From assembly GCF_004010195.1 (NCBI RefSeq), contig NC_057718.1, positions 60,561,301-60,581,300 of the forward strand: 20,000 bases of DNA, given 5' to 3'. A program made the position numbers and the translations under genes. Positions 11,008 to 20,000 of this stretch are shown one piece after another (within the stretch, counting starts at the first letter, position 1; every line of letters starts with the position of its first letter). This DNA is from Chiloscyllium plagiosum (Eukaryota). Under the pieces are notes generated by a model that saw only the letters and a list, made by a program, of their open reading frames with translations, was not told where the DNA came from and searched no databases.

Positions 11008-11702
11008 CTGGAGGAAAAAATACAAGTTGAAAGTGTAGTTTTTTATTAGCAACTTTCAGCGATCTCTTTCAAAGCTGTTCAAGGCTTAGTTTAATGAGGT
11101 AGGCTTTGTTTGCAGCTCAGGCTCTGCCCATGTATTTGAATTTCACCTTTGAGGTCCCATGCTCAGTGCAAGATGCTGATTCAGGCAGGTAGACCCTTGG
11201 CTCAAACACCTTGAAAGCCAATATAACATCCTGGGTATTTCTGATGCAGTTTATTCATGGCACATTATGAAGAATTTCAGAGGTCTCATGCTGACTTTGC
11301 ACTGGAAACATTGATGGTCATTTCTCCCCCACTAGTTTATTTATTTCAAAGTTTTGAGACATGTCTAAAGGCTTGTTGCGTAGCATTACATTGGAATTGT
11401 TCATTGGTTGTTGTTTTTTCAGTTGTGGTTACAACAATTGCAGCAAATCGTATTGTAATTTGGCCACACCAATTAATGGCTAAGCCATTTAATCCTTATG
11501 CTCCCCAACAAGGTGAGGGTGAGCTGAGTGTCGAGAAGGGTCATTAGGCAGGAAGACACCATCGCCCTGAATTTTCCCAACAATTCCAAAGGCTATGTGC
11601 TCTTTTGCAGTCAGCCCCATGCTATGAAGAACAATTCCCTCCATAAGGCTCGGGAAATCCACTTGCTGTGTCCTCGTCTAGTTCTGCTCAAATATCTACC
11701 AT

Positions 11703-11878
11703 TGTGTCCTTCAAGCAAGCGGGATGATTGTCAGCTATTCGCTTGTACAGCATTTTAGTGATATTCTGACCATAGCCAGATGTATGTGAAGAGCGATACA
11801 TCGAGCTATGGTCAGAATATCACTCCAATGCTGTACAAGAGAATAGCTGACAATCGTCCCGCTTTCTTGAAGGACACA
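11703..11878. repeat. Long inverted repeat / hairpin (83-bp arms, 10-nt loop); probably a palindromic non-autonomous DNA element
   Basis: 11703-11785 versus the reverse complement of 11796-11878 is 76/83 identical with no indels. The loop is GTGAAGAGCG. Confidence 0.97.
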
Positions 11879-12239
11879 TGGTGAGGTGAAGGTGAGGTGA
11901 AGTATTAGGACGTTGGGTCCTAATGGCCATTCTTTGTGAGTAATGTGGATGTGTTGCAATGAGCACTGTATGTAACTGATGGACTGGTGGGTAAATGTCA
12001 TGTATTCACTGAACTTGATGACCAACGTCAGGTTATGAGACCTCTTGTTGCACTGCTTCCAGCTCCTCTGTCAGCAATTAACTTTATAGCTACTTACACC
12101 CAATCCTTTAAGAGTTGTCCTTCATGCCCTCTTGATACAGTGCAGAATCATTACATTTCTATTTCTGTCCACCCCTTCTATTAAGCTCACCTTGATCAAA
12201 TGATTAAGCGTTTTACTCAGAAGCATTGTGAAGTGGCTC

Positions 12240-12920
12240 AGAGACACAGGAAGTGGGTACGCAGTTGCAGCATAAAGTAAGAATGCAAATAGAATCTTGT
12301 CACTTAATTCAAAAGAACTGAGTTATAAAAATAAAAGAAGTTTTGTTACAATTATATAAGGCATTGGTGGGACTATACCTGTAGTGTCCAGTTTGGTCTC
12401 TTTACGTGAAGAAGGATATGGTGACACTGAAGGCAGTTCAAAGGAGGTTCACCAGGTTGATTCCGGATTCACCAGGTTGATTCCAGAGATGAAAGGCCTG
12501 TCATATGACGAGCAGTTGAATAACTCGGGCTTGTACTTGCTGGAGCTCAGAAAATGAGGGAGGATCTAATTGAGGATTATAAAATGCTAAATGGAATTGA
12601 TAAGGTGGATGTTCAACAGAAGTTCTCCCTTGTGGGACAGTCTTGAACAAGAAGTCACAGATGTAGCATGAGAGGAAGTAGGTTCAAAACTGAGATGAGG
12701 AGAAACTACTTCTCTCAGAGGGTTGTGAATCTGCCAAACAATGCAGTGGAGGCAGAATCAATCAACTGATTCAAGAAAGAATTAGATATGGTTCTGATGA
12801 AAAGTGGGATAAAGGGCAAAGGGAGCAGGCAGGAAAGTGGAGTTGAGACCAGAATAAGAGCAGCCATGATCATGTTAAGTGGCAAAGCTAGCTTGAAGGG
12901 CTGAACTGCCTACTCTCACT
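12240..12920 (+). mobile_element. 5'-truncated degenerate CR1 LINE (RT C-terminus plus 3' UTR)
   Basis: Collinear with 6580-7200 and with the reverse complement of 19430-20000 (GCAGTTCAAAGGAGGTTCACCAGGTTGATTCC, TTCTCTCAGAGGGTTGTGAATCT, CAGCCATGATC, GCCTACTC). Confidence 0.88.
12446..12485 (+). repeat. 20-bp tandem duplication inside the CR1 copy
   Basis: TTCACCAGGTTGATTCC at 12448-12464 and 12468-12484. Confidence 0.9.
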
Positions 12921-13115
12921 GGGTGAAATTGGCCATGCTAAATTGCCCATAGTGTTCAAGGTTGTGCAGGGTGGGTGAATTATCCATGGGAAGTGCAAGG
13001 TTACAGGGATAGGGTAGGGGAGGTGGGGGTGCGTGCAATGCTCTTCAGAGTGTCGGTCTGGACTTGATGGGCCGAATGGATTGTTTCTTCACTCTAAAGA
13101 TTCTACGATTCTATA
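12921..13115 (+). mobile_element. 3' half of an HE1-like SINE (different subfamily, GATTCTA-type tail) inserted in the CR1 tail
   Basis: TTGGCCATGCTAAATTGCCCATAGT...GGACTTGATGGGCCGAATGG matches 16273-16390. The CR1 tail resumes as ACTCCAATGTTCCTA at 13116. Confidence 0.82.
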
Positions 13116-15814
13116 ACTCCAATGTTCCTAAGTTTGCTCCCTCAGTTTTTCAGATGGCTGTACATAAATAATAATGTTAATGGTTACACATACCATTATC
13201 AAAACTGGTAATGACCGAGATGGCCCTTCAATTGCCGAATTTTCTTATTGAACATTGAACTGTTCTAATTATGATGTGTATACATAAGTATAGACTTGTC
13301 ACTAAAAACTGGGCTTGATGGTAAATAATAATTCATCACTGTATTGAATTAAAATATTTTAGTAGTTGTTAATTTCACAGCAAACCACATTATGATGACT
13401 GAATGCTACTAGCTAGCTCAACGACAACAGGAACTGAAAAAAATGGGAGTAAAAAGAATAGCGTAGATTGCAGACTGGCATGAGTATTCTTTCAAGGTAT
13501 TTCATTACTTCCCTGCCATTATTTAAATACAAAACCTGATGTTGCTCAAACAGAAAACCCTGGGCTAACATCTCCTTGGAAGATCAAATTTAAAGCTGAT
13601 CACTTGCTGGTTGAGGTATCTATTTCCAACATTTTGCATTCATTGGGAAAATATCTTCTCTTAGTACTAACTGAAAAGAAATCATAAGCCTTTTTACAAA
13701 GAGCAGGTTTGCATATTTTAAGAATAAACATACAGCATTTCAATTTCTTCAATAATTCTTAATATTATTTTCAGAGTGACCAAGATTAAGCCTCACTAAC
13801 TAATCCAATGTCACTTTTATATGGCCATTTTGATAGCATCAAAGTATTGTCAGTTGAGTACAACTGTCCTTAGTTAAACAGCAAGAGATGCCTGCATGTA
13901 CTTATGAATGGAATTGAGAGTAGGTCAAGGGAAGGACAAACTCTCAGGTCAAGTCCTTCAATTGATCTGCCATCCTCCATTTTCCAGTGAAATATGGCAA
14001 TGTGCCTGCAACTGCTGTTTGATCTTTCTGGAAAACTTAAGTTTGTGTTGAAAGACTGCCCCACCCCCACAGCTTCTGTTGATGCACTGGCACAGTCACT
14101 TACCTTGTAAGTGTACCTCACTAACATTCATTCATAGAACGCTGCATGATCTTCTTCAGCAAGAAGGCTACACTTACTTATGTTTTCCGTTAGAATATGA
14201 TTGAAGGGTGAATATGTCACATTTCAGACTGCCGAATTGCCGAAGTAAAAATGTGTGTTGGTGAAGTAAAATAAATGTAATTCGATAGAATCACTGGGTA
14301 TTTTTTGCTTGACCTTGCCACATTTCTGTTTGGATTTTGTTGTAACTTTGGTATTGATGAATAAGTTTATATAAGGCACAAGTGAAACAATATGGGTCAA
14401 AACTTCATTGCATTCATTACATTGGTTCATTTTTCAGATTGAGGTTTACTCACCACAGTTAATATTGAAGCTTTTCACTCTCACAAATTGTTTGTTCTGT
14501 TTTGTTACCTTACAAACTTCAAGTTTTTAAACCTTGCAGGAGCTTCCAACACTTTTTAAAGTTTGTTTAATATTATAAACTAAAAAATTACTGTTGCTAA
14601 AAGTCAAAAACTATTGTATATTAACTGTTTCATGTTTAGTCTCTGTTACCTTTACCTCTGACTGCATTCTGATATTGCTTTGTTTCATTTCCTGTGTGAA
14701 TGATAAAGCCACTAAGGTTTAACATTAACATTACAGTCTGTGGCGAAGATACAGAGGTTTGATTGCAAGCTCACAATATGGAGTTCTGTCAGCTAGGGCT
14801 GGGTTTTCATGGATAGTGGACCATTAACAATATAGAGCCGAGTCTGAAAATGAAAGTTCTGCAATCAATTCCCACAAATCCAATGGTGGCTTTCACGAGG
14901 AAGTGGAATGGGTTGTCAATTGCCAAAGTAGGAAAACTGAGCTCAACAGAGTAATTTGAACCTCTTGCTCAGTTCAGACGCATCCCATTTTGGCTGTTGC
15001 AAGACCCTTAACACACAATGTTGGAATCCAGAATGTAAAGAGACATGATATGAACTAATTAAATTCAAAACAAACATTTTACTGATCGGCGATGCATTGA
15101 GACATAGCAGGAATTGGCAGCATTCATTGCACTTTCCACAGTGAATTAGGTACAATGTGTTGACATATTCCTTTTGCCTACAGAGAACGGGGCTTGTATC
15201 TGAAAAAAATAGCTTGCAGCTACATTAACATTGCCAGTCTGACTGATAATCTTAAATTGTTAATTGATGTAAATCTTAGCATATTTAAATATATTTACAA
15301 GATGCTGTCCAGTAGCAATGTCATATCTAATGTTGGAACTATGTTATGAGTTTTGAAAATATGGACTGGTTGAGGACAGTTGGCCTACTGCCACTGTGAC
15401 CAGTCAAAGGGACATGCTATCCTCCAGTCACTGGGATCCGTCACCACACACCAGTCAAAGCCATACATCATATTATTCATTTGTGTAGTGGGACAACATC
15501 TTTTTGGTTTGATAGCAACATCCTGTTAGCGGAGAAAATTAACTCTAGTTCACTGCAAAGTAGCAGTATCAGATGGCCAATAGGACCTGTTGCTCAAATC
15601 TTTGAGACATCTTCCATATTCTAGGATTATCTAGATAATCTGAGCACATTTTACAGCCAAAAATGGGAACCCTAGGCCTTTCTAAGTATTTGTACAAAAC
15701 ACAACGAACAACAGTTTGATCAAGGTAGCTTTATTGTACCGGATAGTCTTGTTAGATCCCACCTCGGCATCTGGCTTGCACAGTCAGCAGATGATGATGA
15801 CCTATTCATGAGGC

Positions 15815-15940
15815 TGCTGATGAAGAGTTTACGCTCGAAACTTCGACTCTCCTGCTCCTCAGATGGTGCCTGACTGGCTGTGCTTTTCCAGCACCACACG
15901 TTTTGACTCTGATCTCCAGCATCTGCAGTCCTCACTTTCT
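15815..15940 (+). mobile_element. Penelope-like terminal repeat with a minimal hammerhead-like core
   Basis: CTGATGA (15817-15823)-A-GAGT-TTAC-GCTC-GAAA (15837-15840)-CTTC. Same family as 1131-1238. Confidence 0.72.
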
Positions 15941-16139
15941 TCTTGCTAATAAAATTGACATTGTAGCACATGGAAAAGTAGGAATCCCAATGTGTATATT
16001 GACTAATGGATGCAGGAGTAGATAAAAAAAACTCAAACTGCAGTCAAGGAATGGAGCTGGATTGACTTCTCCATTTCAATGGTGAATTTGTTTGCAGGAT
16101 GGAATTTGTATTAGATGCTACAGATTCAAATATGACAAT

Positions 16140-16426
16140 GGGCTGGCACGGTGGCACAGGGACCCGGGTTCAATTCCTGCCTCGGGTTTGCATGTTCTCC
16201 CTGTGTCTGCGTGGGTTTCCTCCAGGTGCTCTGGTTTCCTCCCACAGTCCAAAGATGTGCAGGTTAGGTGAATTGGCCATGTTAAATTGCCCATAGTATT
16301 AGGTTCTTTAGTCAGGGGTAAATGTAGGGGAATGGGTCTGGGTGGATTGCTCTTCGAGGGTCGGTGTGGACTTGTTGGGCCGAAGGGCCTGTTTCCACAT
16401 TATAGGGAAACTAATCTAATCATCTA
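16140..16426 (+). mobile_element. HE1-like V-SINE with two internal deletions
   Basis: Closely similar to the reverse complement of 6084-6413. B box GGTTCAATTCC and V domain are present, with a (CTAAT)n tail. About 29 nt are missing after GTGGCACAG and about 17 nt after CTCGGG. Confidence 0.92.
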
Positions 16427-17969
16427 CACATGAGAAGCACACGTGGCTACAAAGTTCATGGCCACTTTATCAAAGACACACTTCTTATGCAAACCAACAC
16501 AGTTGTTAACAATATCTGGGCCTAAAAAAATCATCTACACATCAATGGTGTGCGATGATCAATTTGGCAATACATGATATCATTAAAACTGAACTAAGAC
16601 AGTTAACAATTAATGGTTCTTGCTGCATGTCCATGCTATTGAGAATCCAACCCATTAACACTGTCTTCTCAAATGGAATGAATTGCTGTTCCCTTTCTCA
16701 AACTGGTATTCTTTATTTCATTTCTGATTAATGTAAGCCAAAAAGCTTTGACTTAATTTCTCTTTTTAGCAACATTTAAGTGTCAGAGTGACAAATTGAT
16801 CGAGTAAATGTAAATGCGCTGCAAGGTTATATTAGGTTTGTTTAATTGTCATAACCTGAAGTTTTTTAAATTGCCTATTCATTAAACACATACAAAGGCT
16901 TAATAGGTCAGTGAGAGTTAGCGACAAATATATTTCTGTTGGAATGCTTTCCTTGACAGATCATCTGATTCTGGGCGAAAGAATCAAAATGCCAACTAGA
17001 CATACAGTTTTGATAAATGTATTAGTTGACATCTATCCAAGCGTTATTATTATGTCATTATGAATAGTTGGCTGAGTTTCAAAGCTACAATTATCTTGGC
17101 AGGGTATTCTGTGTTCACAGTTTGATTGACATTATAAAAAGGCTAAAAATAGATTAGCTATCATTGTTGCTTTTCTAAATACTTATTTTTAATAAGAGAT
17201 TAACAATGAGGAGATTTAATGACATAGAATGGGACTTTTTTTCGCTATCAACTGTGTAGGAGTGAGAGCTGTGTTAGATTGTTAGAAGTTTTTTTAATTC
17301 CATTTTGACATGTCTCTTGAATTCCATGGTGGGCACCGGGTGAATAGTTAGGAAGTGAATGAGATGGCAATGGAGTAGGTGGGGGTGTGGTTGGCATGGG
17401 GTGCCGTGGGGGAGAGAGGAGTTGTGAGATGTATGGGCTGCTGGGCCAAACAGTTTCTAAAACAATTGGAACAAAATTCCAGTACCTCATGATTGTCTAA
17501 ATCTGCTTTCCAGATCAGCAACCCTGATACAATTCTGACCCCAATTTGTTGGAATGTGATTTGAATCTACCTGAGCCCTTTATATCAGGTGGGTCTGCCA
17601 AATCAGAAATATCCTGACTCAAGCTATCGATCCAGTAGCAAAAATGTAGCCTCGGTCTGACACAAGTCTCCAGTCACTAGATGGTCAATTTTTATTGACT
17701 TATGATCTTGAGATTCAATACTTGTTTTTAGACCCTCCATGCTTTTGTGTTTTTGTATTTTTTTGCTAATGCTCCTACATTTTCCTACTTTAAAACCCAA
17801 ATGAACCCTTCTCTCTCCTCAGATGTCCATCGTTTTTATGACTTGGAGAACAGAAGAACACTGTATCAGTTTATTCAGTTTACCTTCTGCTATGGCATGA
17901 CAACCCATATCATGGAACACATTAACAAGCTGATTTTTTTAACCCTCTCCCCAGTGTACTCAAAGATAA

Positions 17970-18378
17970 AAGAAAGACTTTCATTTATATGGTGCTTTTT
18001 CACAACCATCACAAATCTCAAATTGCTTTAAAGTGTCATTGTTGTTGTATTGTAGAAAACATGGCTAGTCAATTTTTACATAGCAAAGTGCCATGAATAG
18101 TAATGCAAAAATGACCAATCAGCTTGTGCATTGTTGATTGAAAGACTATTATTAGCTAGGAACACCTTGCTCTGAAATAGTGTCATGGGATCTTTTACCT
18201 CCACCTGAGCAGGTGTCCTTGGTTTAATGTTGCATCCAGAATACAGCATTTGATAATGCAATATACCCTTGATACGTGACTTGAGATTCAGTCTTGATTT
18301 GGGTACTCAAATCCTGGACTGGGACTAGAACTCAGACCCTTGTTATTCAGAGGCAAAAATTAACCCATGGCTGATACC
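17970..18378 (-). mobile_element. Old DeuSINE (SacSINE1/AmnSINE1-related)
   Basis: Deu-domain-like GAAATAGTGTCATGGGATCTTTTACCTCCACCTGAG...GGTTTAATGTTGCATCC, an L2-type tail (plus strand ACTTTCATTTATATGGTGCTTTT) and a degenerate B box at 18333-18321. Family assignment is from recalled consensus. Confidence 0.72.
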
Positions 18379-19429
18379 TAAAGTGCCTGACTCAATCAAT
18401 ATTTAATTAGAACCAATTTTGGCATCTTAATTCATTAGCAGGTGTCGAGAGCACTCCTGCTGTAGATATCCCATTCTCGAAATGCTTAGCACGCAAAGAA
18501 CATGACCAGAGCTAGGAGTGAAATTGCCGGCCTGAGAAAGTGGTTACTGCCAGCTTCCTCACCAGCTTTTGAAGCTTTTAGATGGTCAGAGGGTTCCAGG
18601 GCCTGTAAATCCAAAGGGTATATGAAGTGGAAAACTCCATTCACCATTAAGAGCCTTCTTCCAACTCTTCCTGATCCCACTCAAGCCCATGACTGTAATA
18701 TCAGAAACTAGTTAAAGGCAGGGAACATATTCTAACAGCCATTCTTTATATGTGAATATACAACTATTTTAATCACAGACACAAAGCTGTCACTTCCAGG
18801 AAGCCGAGATCAATATAAAGAAGATAGAAACCCAGTACAATTAGTTTCTCCTCCTTTTGTTTTGACCTTTGCAGCTGAAAAGTGAATGTTTCTTGTGGTG
18901 AAGAATGATAAAACCGGCCTCTTAAACTTTTATAAATACATGTGTCTTCATTAAAATGCATTATGTGGATCAGATTTCATTTGTTCAATAATGCTATTGT
19001 TTTAAGAGGAACACTATTGCCGAATGTGCTGTGGTTTATGCTAGAGTAGGTAGCTTTGTGGTTTTGTGACCTGTCATTTTTCAGCTGTGCAGAGAATTTT
19101 AATTTCAATGGGGGTTTCACTTCTGTTGACTCATCTCTATCCCCAAGGATAACAAAGAGATCGGCATAATTTGGATGTGGTTAGAGAAACCAGACTTGCA
19201 CTCGCCTGCCACCTAACCCCATTTCCTCAGCACTTGATGTAACAAATCCATTAATATCCTTGACCCAGAGGTAAATTAGCAGCAGTTGTTTTTGGTTGTA
19301 CGTTGATCTAAAACCTACATGGATGTCAAGTAACTTTCCTTATTGCCATCATTTAGTGTGCATTTTTCACATTTTCCCCAGCTTCTGCAAATCTTATCCA
19401 ATAATAATATATAGCAGAATGTCATGGTC

Positions 19430-20000
19430 ACCATAAGACCATAAGACCATAAGACATGGGAGTGGAAGTAAGGCCATTCTGCCCATCGAGTCCACTCCGC
19501 CATTTAATCATGGCTGATGGGCATTTCAACTCCACTTACCCGCATTCTCCCCGTAGCCCTTAATTCCTTGTGACATCAAGAATTTATCAATCTCTGCCTT
19601 GAAGACATTTAGCGTCCCGGCCTCCACTGCACTCCATGGCAATGAATTCCACAGGCCCACCACTCTCTGGCTGAAGAAATGGTCTCCGCATTTCTGTTCT
19701 GAATTGGCCCCCTCTAATTTTAAGGCTGTGCCCACAGGTCCTAGTCTCCCCGCCTAACGGAAACAATTTCTTAGCGTCCACCCTTTCCAAGCCATGTATT
19801 ATCTTGTAAGTTTCTATTAGATCTCCCCTTAACCTTCTAAACTCCAATGAGTACAATCCCAGGATCCTCAGCCGTTCCTCGTATGTTAGACCTACCATTC
19901 CAGGGATCATCCGTGTGAATCTCCGCTGGACACGCTCCAGTGCCAGTATGTCCCTCCTGAGGTGTGGGGCCCAAAACTGGACACAGTACTCCAAATGGGG
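19430..20000 (-). mobile_element. Young CR1/HER1-type LINE 3' end (ORF2 C-terminus, 3' UTR, (TCTTATGG)3 tail); continues beyond the window
   Basis: PHLEYCVQFWAPHLRRDILALERVQRRFTRMIPG...RRLRGDLIETYKI...FRTEMRR/HFFSQRVVGLWNSLP...GIKGYGENAGKWS*, with one +1 frameshift near 19681 and the stop at 19528-19526. The octamer tail lies at 19431-19454. Confidence 0.96.

Noticed and set aside
11735..12025. 96-aa and neighbouring ORFs across the palindrome
   Set aside because: No recognisable protein features. The symmetry of the DNA is better explained as an inverted repeat.
14105..14228. Two minus-strand GTAAGT donors near 14100 and 14175
   Set aside because: The upstream acceptor is mediocre and there is no coding signal, so support is too weak to call an exon.
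17330..17450. G-rich tract / Pro-rich antisense ORF 17248-17490
   Set aside because: Low-complexity sequence with only three closely spaced G3+ runs. It is probably part of an old repeat that I cannot name.
17747..18031. 94-aa ORF with a strong acceptor (ccttctctctcctcAG at 17822)
   Set aside because: No convincing donor or homology, and the 3' part runs into the antisense DeuSINE tail.
1..20000. CRISPR array, operon or other prokaryotic/viral system
   Set aside because: No regularly spaced repeats and no long ORFs. The content is that of vertebrate non-coding DNA.

Overview
AT-rich vertebrate genomic DNA with no recognisable host protein-coding gene. The repeats I recognise from memory (HE1-type V-SINEs, CR1/HER1 LINEs, a DeuSINE, Penelope-type termini) point to a shark, possibly a carpet/bamboo shark; this is an inference. 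The window is intronic or intergenic. It holds four CR1 LINE pieces of different ages, including a young one at 19430-20000 with a single frameshift, plus an L2/CR1-group LINE 3' end, five tRNA-derived SINE copies and several nested insertions. The most notable unexplained structures are: (i) a 176-bp near-perfect palindrome at 11703-11878 (83-bp arms, 76/83 paired); (ii) three degenerate minimal hammerhead-ribozyme-like motifs in Penelope-type termini, one of them in a 108-bp head-to-head mini-element with a 9-bp target-site duplication; (iii) two minus-strand exon-like blocks with strong canonical splice sites but stops in all three frames, bracketed by an inverted SINE pair; and (iv) repeat-free stretches rich in homeodomain motifs that may be conserved enhancers. 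Family names come from recalled consensus similarity, not from database searches.
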